From a virus (lineage: Duplodnaviria > Caudoviricetes): a stretch of DNA of 34,430 nucleotides. This document shows, piece after piece, positions 8,400 to 17,181 of the stretch. The position numbers and the translations under genes are program-made. The stretch's first letter is position 1. The number at the start of each line of letters is the position of its first letter. The notes beneath the pieces were generated by a model. It was not told the DNA's origin and searched no databases. It saw nothing but the letters and a program-made list of their open reading frames with translations. Location: positions 1 through 34,430 of IMG/VR virus record IMGVR_UViG_3300027741_000160. One strand, 5' to 3'.

Positions 8400-8648
8400 A
8401 TGGAAAATTTAAGAGTTAATGCAATTTTATTTTTAGAAGTAAAAATGAAGGAAAAAATGCAATTATTAAATGATGAATTTTATATTGAATATGGAGATAT
8501 ATTTAAATCTGCATATAATAAACAAGAATTTCAAATAGAAGATGCTTGGGGTCAAGGATATTGGCAAGGAACTTGTGATACACGAAATGAAAAAACAAAT
8601 TATATTGATTTTGATCATTATATTCAAAAAAATTATGGCAGCATTTAG
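8400..8648 (+). CDS. Hypothetical protein
   Basis: 82-aa AT-rich ORF between the RNA element and the initiator. Confidence 0.65.
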   Translation: MENLRVNAILFLEVKMKEKMQLLNDEFYIEYGDIFKSAYNKQEFQIEDAWGQGYWQGTCDTRNEKTNYIDFDHYIQKNYGSI

Positions 8649-9414
8649 AAAAATTTCCGTTTCCTTTTGGTCGGATTCGTTTGTGGGGGATTTGACACCA
8701 GAACAAAAATATTTTTATTTGTATCTGATGACTAATGATAAGACAACTCAATGTGGCATTTACGAAACATCGATTCGGAAAATGTCTTTTGATACTGGTT
8801 ACAATCAAGAAACGGTATTAAAATTAATTTCATTCTTTGAGGAACAAAACAAAATCAGATTTTCAAAAGAAACCAATGAAATTGCTTTATTAAACTGGGT
8901 CAAGTACAATGATTCAACATCGCCAAAAGTTACGGCTTGCGTTGATAAAGAACTTTTAAAGGTTAAAAATAGAGTATTGATACAGTATCTATACAGTATG
9001 GATACACATCCACAAGAAGAAGAAGAAAAAGAAGAAGAAAAAGAAAAAGAATACCAAGAAGAAAAAGAAGAAGAAAAAGATCCTTTTTACATTCCTACGG
9101 AACGTGACCTTCTTTTTAATAAGTGGTTTGATTATAAAAAACAAAAACGATCTAAGTACACAAAAATTGGTATGGATCAATTGTTTAAAGAATGGGAATT
9201 AGTTGGTAATTTTGAATTAGAAAAAGCGATTAATCATTCGATAGCTAATAATTATCAAGGGTTATTTGCACCTAAAGAAAATAAACCTTCAACCAATTCA
9301 GAACCGGCACCTGGTAAGATGACTAAAGGTCTAATACAACAACAAGAAATTTATAACGAACTTTTAGAACAAATAGAAAATGGAACTTACATTAATCCCT
9401 TTGCAAGAAAATAG
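8635..9414 (+). CDS. Phage replication initiator (replisome-organizer/DnaD-like)
   Basis: MAAFRKI..SFW.D.FV.DLTPE.KYFYLYLMTN N-terminal domain, E/K linker, and W..YK...AI..SIANNYQGLF C-terminal domain; start reassigned to 8635. Confidence 0.8.
   Translation: MAAFRKISVSFWSDSFVGDLTPEQKYFYLYLMTNDKTTQCGIYETSIRKMSFDTGYNQETVLKLISFFEEQNKIRFSKETNEIALLNWVKYNDSTSPKVTACVDKELLKVKNRVLIQYLYSMDTHPQEEEEKEEEKEKEYQEEKEEEKDPFYIPTERDLLFNKWFDYKKQKRSKYTKIGMDQLFKEWELVGNFELEKAINHSIANNYQGLFAPKENKPSTNSEPAPGKMTKGLIQQQEIYNELLEQIENGTYINPFARK
8969..9080. repeat. Putative replication origin: four 11-bp iterons plus a purine tract inside the initiator gene
   Basis: ATAGAGTATTG/ATACAGTATCT/ATACAGTATGG/ATACACATCCA, followed by about 65 nt of GAA/AAA repeats. 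Confidence 0.6.
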
Positions 9415-10195
9415 AATTGAAAAATATTCTGAACCAATTTTAGCAGATAGCAAGCTAACAAAAACCGAAACAGTAATTTATCAAGCAAGCACAAAGCAGA
9501 AAATTATGTATTTGTCTGAAAAAGAAAAATTACGGATTGCAAATACAATTCTTTCGATGGTTAAAGTTAGACTTGGATTAAAAGAAAGAGCCAAGCACGA
9601 GGATTCCGTAGAAACTCAAATGATTTTTTCAGATTTAAACAAATTTGATCATTTAACGGAAGCTGAAGTATTATTGGCCCTTGAAAATGGACTTGATGGT
9701 AACTACCTAAAAGAACACGAATCAAATGTGTTTTGGAATCCTTCCAATTTTGTTCTTTGGATTAAGAGATATTTGCTCGAAAAGAACGATGTAATGCGGA
9801 AGGTTACAAATGCCAAGCCAGCAGATTACATTAGGCATACTCCAAAAGATAAAGAAATTAAGCAACAAGGAATTTTATGTGCCAATGATTATGCTGATCT
9901 TTATGCACGAACTAAAGATGCAGATCGCACGTTCAAATATCCAGCCGGTTTAAATTTTCTTTATGATCTTGGTGTCCAATACGGATGGCTTCATTTAGAT
10001 GAGGAAATAATAGATCAAATTAAAATGGAAGTTGCACCAAAGTTTTTACATTTGGTTAAAAATCCGGCTGATGTTTTTGAGAATACGGAATTTATTTGGG
10101 CCTATAAAGCTGAATGTTACAAAAGGTTTATAAAAGACCTGGTAACGTTTGAGGTTCGAATTGATACAAACGGAAAAATCAAACCCATAGGCTGA
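9380..10195 (+). CDS. Putative helicase loader / replication partner
   Basis: Directly downstream of and overlapping the initiator; function inferred from position. Confidence 0.45.
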   Translation: MELTLIPLQENRIEKYSEPILADSKLTKTETVIYQASTKQKIMYLSEKEKLRIANTILSMVKVRLGLKERAKHEDSVETQMIFSDLNKFDHLTEAEVLLALENGLDGNYLKEHESNVFWNPSNFVLWIKRYLLEKNDVMRKVTNAKPADYIRHTPKDKEIKQQGILCANDYADLYARTKDADRTFKYPAGLNFLYDLGVQYGWLHLDEEIIDQIKMEVAPKFLHLVKNPADVFENTEFIWAYKAECYKRFIKDLVTFEVRIDTNGKIKPIG

Positions 10196-10273
10196 CAAAT
10201 CATTTAATTAATTAAGATTGAAGACAACATTATCATACACTAAAAAAATTATTCAACTTTTAAAAAATCAAAA

Positions 10274-10657
10274 ATGAAAATTAATTTACATTACTCGAAA
10301 ATTAATACGACTGGAGACATTCCCGTACTTGAATTTGATGAAATATCACATATTTGTTATTTTATTGAAGAACTTGAAATTCATGATGAATCATCTGAAT
10401 TACTTTTTGAGGGATTTAAAAAAGTATTTTTATTAACTGATGGTTTAGAAATTTTTGTAACACAAGAATATTATATTTTATTTGATGTATTTCGCTATAA
10501 ATTATTTGCTTTATTTGAAGAAGATGATTTAAATCACGTTCATTTATTTGAATGTGGATCATATGAGGAAGCCTATGATTTAGCATTAATGATCAAGGAA
10601 AATGAAAATTTAAGTGAAAGTTTACAAATTGGAGTTGTTGGTCAAAAAATTGGATAA
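10274..10657 (+). CDS. Acidic hypothetical protein (moron-like)
   Basis: 127-aa very AT-rich ORF with its own upstream spacer. Confidence 0.7.
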   Translation: MKINLHYSKINTTGDIPVLEFDEISHICYFIEELEIHDESSELLFEGFKKVFLLTDGLEIFVTQEYYILFDVFRYKLFALFEEDDLNHVHLFECGSYEEAYDLALMIKENENLSESLQIGVVGQKIG

Positions 10658-11010
10658 TGAAAAAAATAATTATAATAACGATTTGCTTTGCATTGCTCAC
10701 GCAGATCACTCACGCATCCGATGTATTCTTTAATATTTCAAGGCAGACAACACTCGACTATTTAATTAGTTGGGTGTTTGCCTTTTCTTTGGAATCATCT
10801 ATCTTGATTTTTACATTACTTGGTAAGAGAAACACGGCTATCTTTTTTGGGCTTATTTCGTGGTTGATAAATCTTCTTTATTACTGGGTAGAAGTCGGAA
10901 TGACTCAAAAGTTTGTTGCGATGAATATTATTTCATTGATCATACCGGTAACCATCTTTTTTTATTCGGAACTAATTAAAACTGACAAACGTAAAAACTT
11001 ATTAAAATAA
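10657..11010 (+). CDS. Multi-pass membrane protein
   Basis: About 4 hydrophobic segments; TAATG coupling at both ends. Confidence 0.75.
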   Translation: MKKIIIITICFALLTQITHASDVFFNISRQTTLDYLISWVFAFSLESSILIFTLLGKRNTAIFFGLISWLINLLYYWVEVGMTQKFVAMNIISLIIPVTIFFYSELIKTDKRKNLLK

Positions 11011-11357
11011 TGGAAAAAATTAAGATTGGAAATTATTGGATTCTTGGTAAGGAAACCAACGGAATTACTTTGTTTCCTTTTATTTTCTTACGAAAATCTT
11101 ATGTCGATAGATTGGCTGATTGGAATCGTAAAAATTTAATCAATCATGAATCAATCCACTTAAAGCAACAAGCAGAACTTGGTGTGGTATTCTTTTATGT
11201 GTGGTATTTTTTAGAATTTTGTATCAGAACTGTACTAATTGGGAATACCGATGCAGCTTATAAAAGGATTTGTTTTGAGAGAGAAGCATACGAGAATGAA
11301 GGCAATCTTGAATATTTCAAAACAAGAAAATTTTGGGCATTCCTTAAATATTTATGA
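11010..11357 (+). CDS. HExxH zincin-like small protein
   Basis: GITLFPFIF...NHESIHLKQQ.EL...FEREAY. Confidence 0.7.
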   Translation: MEKIKIGNYWILGKETNGITLFPFIFLRKSYVDRLADWNRKNLINHESIHLKQQAELGVVFFYVWYFLEFCIRTVLIGNTDAAYKRICFEREAYENEGNLEYFKTRKFWAFLKYL

Positions 11358-11701
11358 AACAAGAAGAACATCTCCTCCAGGTTTCAATTTGTAAATGGTT
11401 GGATCTAACACAAGACTTTCCATATTTTGCAATTCCGAACGGTGGTCTAAGACATAAGTTAGTTGCCATTAAATTAAAAAGAGAAGGGGCCAAATCAGGA
11501 GTTGCAGATATGTTTTGGATGGTTTCAAATAATAATTGGAAAGGTTTGTTTGTAGAGGTTAAAATTGAAAAGGGTAAACAATCATTAAGCCAAAAGGAAT
11601 TTGGGGCCATAGCGATAAAGCACGGGTACTATTACGCAATTGTGAGAAGTATTGATGATTGTATTTATTTAATTAACCGATTCAAAAAAAATGAGATCTA
11701 A
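11354..11701 (+). CDS. VRR-NUC (PD-(D/E)xK) nuclease / resolvase
   Basis: EH.LQ, AIPNGG.R, GVAD, VEVK...GKQS..QK.F. Confidence 0.88.
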   Translation: MKQEEHLLQVSICKWLDLTQDFPYFAIPNGGLRHKLVAIKLKREGAKSGVADMFWMVSNNNWKGLFVEVKIEKGKQSLSQKEFGAIAIKHGYYYAIVRSIDDCIYLINRFKKNEI

Positions 11702-11903
11702 TTATCTTGATGCCATTGCCTGGATAGATCAGCAGTTGACCAATCCGACACGACAAATAAAAGTAGGATGCGAAACTATTCTTGATTTGAATTATTCTTT
11801 GATCCTTAATCGAAAGCAGATTTTAGAAAATTCGGGGCAGTTGTCTTATTCAGCATTCGGAAGAACTAAAAAAATCAAGGATTTCTTGCAATTATTAAAA
11901 TAA
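11691..11903 (+). CDS. Hypothetical protein
   Basis: 70-aa ORF overlapping the upstream gene. Confidence 0.6.
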   Translation: MRSNYLDAIAWIDQQLTNPTRQIKVGCETILDLNYSLILNRKQILENSGQLSYSAFGRTKKIKDFLQLLK

Positions 11904-11931
11904 AAATGTAAACTTTGTAAAATAAATTAGT

Positions 11932-12213
11932 ATGACACTCCGTTCAATTCCTATTCCTAATTCTAATTTTTGTAATAAATTAGATCAAGAATTATCGAAA
12001 CAAGAATTTATCGATTTAGTTAATGAGCCTCCGCACTACAAAAGTAAAGGCGGTATTGAATCTATTGAGGTAATTGAATCCTTTGAATTAAATTTTAATT
12101 TAGGGAACGTGATTAAGTATATTTTAAGATCCGACAAAAAGGGTAACAAAAAACAAGATTTGGAAAAGGCACAATGGTACCTAAAAAGGGAAATTGAAAA
12201 GTTTAAAGGTTGA
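11932..12213 (+). CDS. DUF3310 / SaV-like protein
   Basis: VN.P.HY...GIE.IEVI...FNLGNVIKY..R..KK....QDL.KA.WYL. Confidence 0.85.
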   Translation: MTLRSIPIPNSNFCNKLDQELSKQEFIDLVNEPPHYKSKGGIESIEVIESFELNFNLGNVIKYILRSDKKGNKKQDLEKAQWYLKREIEKFKG

Positions 12214-12731
12214 TGTCAAGGAATGAAATCATTTCAACGCTATACGAATCAAAGGAGATTGCCCAGGCACTCCGAAAGATGCAACCGGCTTCACTCCGAG
12301 AAGAATTAAGACAAGAAATGTTTATGGCGCTATGTAATATTTCAGATGAGAAATTTTGGGGAATTTATAATAATAATGGTATTCCAGGTTTAAAGTTTTG
12401 GTTGGTTCGTACGATGCTTAATATGATTTATTCAACCGGCATTAATACTCCATTCTTTCGCCATTTCAGACAAAAAAATGAGGAGTTTAATGTAAACCAC
12501 GAAGTAGTTAATTTCGATTCTTTAAACGAAGAAATCCAAGAACGAAAGGAAATGTTATTTTCAAAGATAGAGGAAGGAAGAAAGCAATTAAGTTGGTACG
12601 AAAATACATTGCTTGAAACTTATATGGATTTAGGATTTAATCAAAAGGAATTAAGTCGCAAAACAAAAATTCCATATCAATCCGTTATTAAAACCATTAT
12701 GATAATCAAAAAGAAACTTCGAGAGGAATGA
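12210..12731 (+). CDS. Sigma70/ECF-like transcription regulator
   Basis: REELRQEMF region-2-like segment and a C-terminal region-4 HTH (QKELSRKTKIPYQSV); sits at the early/late boundary. Confidence 0.65.
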   Translation: MMSRNEIISTLYESKEIAQALRKMQPASLREELRQEMFMALCNISDEKFWGIYNNNGIPGLKFWLVRTMLNMIYSTGINTPFFRHFRQKNEEFNVNHEVVNFDSLNEEIQERKEMLFSKIEEGRKQLSWYENTLLETYMDLGFNQKELSRKTKIPYQSVIKTIMIIKKKLREE

Positions 12732-12955
12732 TCAGCACTTTAATTGCATCCGTATTTTTTTCAGTATACTTCAATATGACTAATTTACATCAGTCATTCA
12801 AATTAGATTTCAAGCCGTTTAATTGTACACCTTGTTTATCCGTTTGGTCTGCGGTTGTATTTTATTTATTGCCGATTCAGATCACGGAACTTATTGCCTT
12901 ATTTTTTAGTGCTGGAGTAATCGGGCCTTACCTTTTTAGATTCATTCATAAATGA
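12728..12955 (+). CDS. Small membrane protein with CxxC
   Basis: KPFNCTPCLSVW plus hydrophobic segments. Confidence 0.7.
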   Translation: MISTLIASVFFSVYFNMTNLHQSFKLDFKPFNCTPCLSVWSAVVFYLLPIQITELIALFFSAGVIGPYLFRFIHK

Positions 12956-13215
12956 CACAAAGGGAACAGAATTTTTTGAAAGAACACGAGGCTAATTTTG
13001 TGGCCGTTGAATTAGGGTACACACGAAATATAGACTTTCACGTGATAGATCAATACGTTTTAATTTATAGAAATTACATTGATCAAAATTTTATTCTTAA
13101 TGCCTGGTGTAAGCATTGTGTCTTTGATATGCTAAAAAGAATAAAGAACTATTACGACAATAATCAACCAATCGAAATCAATGTCCAACCTAAGAATAAT
13201 AGGAGTAGGAAATAG
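12952..13215 (+). CDS. Hypothetical CxxC protein
   Basis: WCKHCV; closely coupled to neighbours. Confidence 0.7.
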   Translation: MTQREQNFLKEHEANFVAVELGYTRNIDFHVIDQYVLIYRNYIDQNFILNAWCKHCVFDMLKRIKNYYDNNQPIEINVQPKNNRSRK

Positions 13216-14200
13216 CACTTCCGGAGTGACCTATCATCGTATTGCATTACCATTGTCCACGATGAAAAAAGAATATTGTCTTTTGACCGATGCACTTTCG
13301 GAGGAGATGATAATCGAAAAAGAAATTAATATCTTAGTTCTAAATCGATTCTTAGAGGAGATACCATTTTCAGTTTTGATTGAGTGGAAAAGGAAACACG
13401 GTTTTAAAATTGTTGTTGATATCGATGATTATTGGGAGTTATTCAGTAGTCACTTATCAAACAAAACTTATCAGTTACTAAATATTCCAACGATCATTCA
13501 GAATTATATCCGGATGGCTGATTTAGTGACTTGCACGAATGATAGATTATATTCTAAAATCATTGAGCATAATAAGAAATGCGAAATTATTCCAAACTCA
13601 TTACCTTTTGACAAGGATCAGTTCACGGCATTCAAGACTGAACACGACAAAGTAAACATTGCACATACCGGATCCATCACTCACTTTCCGGACATCAAGC
13701 AATTAAAGAATCCATTATTAAACTTATCAAAGTCCAAATCATTTGTTGATGCTACCAGGATGCTTCTTTGTGGATGGAATGATTATAATAAATGGCATTG
13801 GACACAAATTGGTAATATTTACACGGCCAATGAAAAGCTAAATTATAAGATTATCGAATCGGCTCACTTTTCGTTCTATATGAATTTTTATAACGAGGCT
13901 GATATGTTGTTGGTGCCATTGCTTGATAATAAATTCAACCGGATGAAGTCAAACCTTAAGGCATTGGAAGCCGGGGCCAAAAGGATTCCAATATTGACTT
14001 TTGATCGTGATCCGTATGCAGATATTCCGACCATCTTTAAGGTAGATAATTGGGAACAAGATATTAAACGAATGGTGTTTAGCAAGCATATGCGAGAGGA
14101 TTATGGCGAATCCAATGCGGAGTATGTTCGTGAGCATTACGACCTATTTAAAATAAATGAGAAGCGTTTTGATATTTATACTAAACTGATCGATTGTTAA
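13181..14200 (+). CDS. Glycosyltransferase, GT-B fold (GT4-like)
   Basis: GV.YHRI..P, DIDDYW, IPNSL, GSITH..D, LVPL..NKFN..KSNLKALEAG. Confidence 0.85.
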   Translation: MSNLRIIGVGNSTSGVTYHRIALPLSTMKKEYCLLTDALSEEMIIEKEINILVLNRFLEEIPFSVLIEWKRKHGFKIVVDIDDYWELFSSHLSNKTYQLLNIPTIIQNYIRMADLVTCTNDRLYSKIIEHNKKCEIIPNSLPFDKDQFTAFKTEHDKVNIAHTGSITHFPDIKQLKNPLLNLSKSKSFVDATRMLLCGWNDYNKWHWTQIGNIYTANEKLNYKIIESAHFSFYMNFYNEADMLLVPLLDNKFNRMKSNLKALEAGAKRIPILTFDRDPYADIPTIFKVDNWEQDIKRMVFSKHMREDYGESNAEYVREHYDLFKINEKRFDIYTKLIDC

Positions 14201-14207
14201 TTGTAAT

Positions 14208-14858
14208 ATGAAAGAACCGAATCGAGAACGAAAACAAGAGATTAAGTATAGTGTTGTTTTAAATGAGGAGCAAAAAGAAGCAAGGAATTTAATTAAAGAG
14301 AACCAAATAGTTATAGTAACGGGTAGGGCTGGATCGGGTAAAAGTTTAGTATGTGCATTGGCTTCCTTGGATTTTTTGAACAAAAAACAATGCAATCATA
14401 TTTACATTACCAGGGCAACGATTGAGGTTGGTAATTCTTTGGGATACCTTCCAGGTTCATTGGATGATAAATTCAATCCTTATTTAGAAGCATTCCAAGA
14501 AAACCTGGTTAAGTGTGCCGATAAAATAAAGATTCATACAATGGTAAAGGATGAGAAGATTGTTGCTTATCCGGTGCAGTTTATCAGAGGTAAAACGATT
14601 GATGATATTTTAGTAGTTGAGGAGGCCCAAAATTTAACAAAGGCTGAAATGTTAGCCATATTAACAAGGCTGGGTAAAACCGGTAAGATCATTGTGAATG
14701 GGGATAATGAGCAGAAGGATATAAAAGAAGGGTATAATGGTTTAAGTTTTGCCATTGACTTATCTAAAAAGATTGAAGGAATTAAGTGGATAAAATTAAA
14801 AGAGAATCATCGATCTGATTTAGTAGGTCAGATTCTTGATTTTGAATATAATAATTAA
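14208..14858 (+). CDS. phoH: PhoH-like ATPase
   Basis: Walker A GRAGSGKS, LGYLPG, FIRGKTI, EEAQN, LTRLGK, GD..Q.D, HRSDLV. Confidence 0.92.
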   Translation: MKEPNRERKQEIKYSVVLNEEQKEARNLIKENQIVIVTGRAGSGKSLVCALASLDFLNKKQCNHIYITRATIEVGNSLGYLPGSLDDKFNPYLEAFQENLVKCADKIKIHTMVKDEKIVAYPVQFIRGKTIDDILVVEEAQNLTKAEMLAILTRLGKTGKIIVNGDNEQKDIKEGYNGLSFAIDLSKKIEGIKWIKLKENHRSDLVGQILDFEYNN

Positions 14859-14862
14859 TAAA

Positions 14863-15618
14863 ATGCCGGTAATTAAATGTTCTAACGGAAAATGGAGGAT
14901 TGGCTCCGGCGCTTGTATTTATGATACGGAAAAGAAAGCCATTGAAGTTTGGCAAGCAATCCTCGCAAGTGGAGAATACCGGGCAGATAGTAATAAAGTT
15001 TCTTTTGATTTCGATGACACCTTATCGACACAAAGAGGTAAGGAATTGGCGAAACGAAAAATTCAAGAAGGGAAAATAGTATACATAATTACGAGGAGAC
15101 AACAATCGGCCTCCGCAGAAGTTTATAAAATTGCCGATGAAATAGGAATCCCACATTCAAGAGTACATTTCACGAATGGGAAAATGAAATGGGAAGAAGT
15201 TAAGAGGTTAGAAATTGGCACGCATTATGATAACAATCAAAAAGAGGTTGATTTGATTAATGAGAATACGGATACAAAAGGTTTTAAATTTCAGTTTGTG
15301 GAAACTTATAATGATTATCCGGAAGCAGCAGTAAACAATGCTAAACGAGTTTTAAAATGGGTTTCAGAAAATGGATGGAGAACTTGTGGAACACCCGTAG
15401 GCAAGATCAGAGCAAACCAATTAGCAAATAGAGAAGGCATTTCGAGAGACACAATTGCCAGGATGTCAGCATTTAAAAGGCATCAACAAAATAAAGATGT
15501 CCCCTATGGCGAAGGATGTGGAGGATTGATGTGGGATGCCTGGGGAGGTACAGAAGGAATAGAGTGGGCAAGTAGAAAATTAGAGCAAATAGATAAAAAT
15601 AATGGCAAGACCAAATAA
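14863..15618 (+). CDS. Multi-domain protein: HAD-like domain plus C-terminal Cys/Trp domain
   Basis: SFDFDDTL, IITRR and HYDNN HAD motifs; C-terminal DYP...CGT.VG..RANQLA...CG.LMWDAWGG; start reassigned to 14863. Confidence 0.65.
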   Translation: MPVIKCSNGKWRIGSGACIYDTEKKAIEVWQAILASGEYRADSNKVSFDFDDTLSTQRGKELAKRKIQEGKIVYIITRRQQSASAEVYKIADEIGIPHSRVHFTNGKMKWEEVKRLEIGTHYDNNQKEVDLINENTDTKGFKFQFVETYNDYPEAAVNNAKRVLKWVSENGWRTCGTPVGKIRANQLANREGISRDTIARMSAFKRHQQNKDVPYGEGCGGLMWDAWGGTEGIEWASRKLEQIDKNNGKTK

Positions 15619-16027
15619 AGATATTGACACGCAAAGACTTTTGGAATGGGCCGAAAAATATATCGACCATTGCCTTGAATCTACCAAAGAGATTGCCACT
15701 TCATCGGGAGTTAAAACTATTCGTGAACGGCATTTACCAACTATTAGTTTTTTCTTATTAGTATGGTTGCCACGGCAAAACTTTGAATTTTATAATAGAT
15801 CAACTTATTATCAAGTTTTGTCTAATGTGAATCATCCTTGTCACGATGCAACAAAGCAGATAGATGAGATATTTAGATCATTGGCGGCGGATGTAGTGGC
15901 CAATGAAGGTAAAGGTATATTCTATGCTAAGAATCTTTTAGGATGGTCAGACAAGGCAAAGAACGAAGAAAAACAAGAGATAATCATAAGTTTTGCAGAC
16001 GAAAATAGTCCTTCCGAAACCGCATAA
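15602..16027 (+). CDS. terS: Terminase small subunit (putative)
   Basis: PTI..F...IFYAKN.LGW.DK pattern; directly upstream of terL. Confidence 0.7.
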   Translation: MARPNKDIDTQRLLEWAEKYIDHCLESTKEIATSSGVKTIRERHLPTISFFLLVWLPRQNFEFYNRSTYYQVLSNVNHPCHDATKQIDEIFRSLAADVVANEGKGIFYAKNLLGWSDKAKNEEKQEIIISFADENSPSETA

Positions 16028-17165
16028 AAATCAAGCCAAGGTTTTAAACTCCAAAGCAAGATTCAAGGTTCTAATGTCGGGCAGACGGTGGGGCAAGTCA
16101 TTGATATGCCAAGTCATCACATTTTTAGAAGCGGTCAAAGGTAAAAAGGTTGCATACATTACACCTACTTATCAACTTGCAAAGGTTTTCTTTGATGAAC
16201 TTTGCATCTTAATCCCCGATACCATTGCCACGGCAAATCGTAGTGATTTAACATTTAAATTAACAAGTGGTGGATCAATTCGATTCTTTACTGGTGAAAG
16301 ACTTGATAATCTTCGGGGCCTTAAATTTCATTACGTTATTATTGATGAAGCATCATTCATAACTGATTTAGAAAGCGGTTGGAATAATTCAATACGGCCA
16401 ACGTTAACCGATTACCAGGGCCGTGCTATATTCCTTTCAACTCCACGAGGAAAGAATTATTTTTATTCTTTATTTCTTAAAGGTTTAGAACCGAATGCAG
16501 AATGGGAATCCTTTAAATATTCGACCTATGATAATCCATATATCCGTAAAGAAGAAATTGATTCTGCAAGAATGAGTTTACCGGAGGTTGTATTTGAACA
16601 AGAGTATATGGCGAACCCAGCAGAAAACTCCGCCAATCCGTTTGGAAGCCAGGCGATTGGGAAGTGTGTTTCTGAAATGTCAATTAATCCGGTTAAATGT
16701 TACGGAATAGATTTAGCAAAATATTCCGACTGGACTGTAATTATCGGATTAGATAATAGTGGAAATGTGGCTTATTTTGAACGATTTCAAAATGATTGGG
16801 CCTCCACGCAAAACAAAATACGGAATTTATCAAAGGTTCCGATGTTAATTGATAGTACCGGTGTAGGCGATCCGGTAGTTGAGCAATTACAACGAGAGGG
16901 ATTAAATGTGGAGGCATTTAAATTCACAAGCCAAAGCAAACAAGATTTAATGCTGGGCCTTCAAGTGGCTATCCATCAAGAACGGATTCATTATCCCGAA
17001 GGAATTATTAAAGAGGAACTTGAAATCTTTGAATATCAATATAGTTCACACGGTGTAAAATATTCTGCACCTTCCGGTTTTCACGATGATTGCGTGATGG
17101 CTTTGGCTCTTGCCTGGCGAAAGTTTGATTTTAAATCAGGCACCGGTAGATATAGTTTTGCGTAA
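15993..17165 (+). CDS. terL: Terminase large subunit
   Basis: GRRWGKS, VIIDEA, STPRG, GIDLA, HDDCVMALALA; TTG start. Confidence 0.95.
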   Translation: MQTKIVLPKPHKNQAKVLNSKARFKVLMSGRRWGKSLICQVITFLEAVKGKKVAYITPTYQLAKVFFDELCILIPDTIATANRSDLTFKLTSGGSIRFFTGERLDNLRGLKFHYVIIDEASFITDLESGWNNSIRPTLTDYQGRAIFLSTPRGKNYFYSLFLKGLEPNAEWESFKYSTYDNPYIRKEEIDSARMSLPEVVFEQEYMANPAENSANPFGSQAIGKCVSEMSINPVKCYGIDLAKYSDWTVIIGLDNSGNVAYFERFQNDWASTQNKIRNLSKVPMLIDSTGVGDPVVEQLQREGLNVEAFKFTSQSKQDLMLGLQVAIHQERIHYPEGIIKEELEIFEYQYSSHGVKYSAPSGFHDDCVMALALAWRKFDFKSGTGRYSFA

Positions 17166-17181
17166 TTACTTATTTATGTTT

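Noticed and set aside
8989-9180. Poly-Phe minus-strand ORF
   Set aside because: It is simply the reverse complement of the GAA/AAA tract encoding the initiator linker
11909-11917. TAAACTTTG as a Bacteroidota promoter before the DUF3310 gene
   Set aside because: Spacing is one base off TAnnTTTG; possible but not supportable
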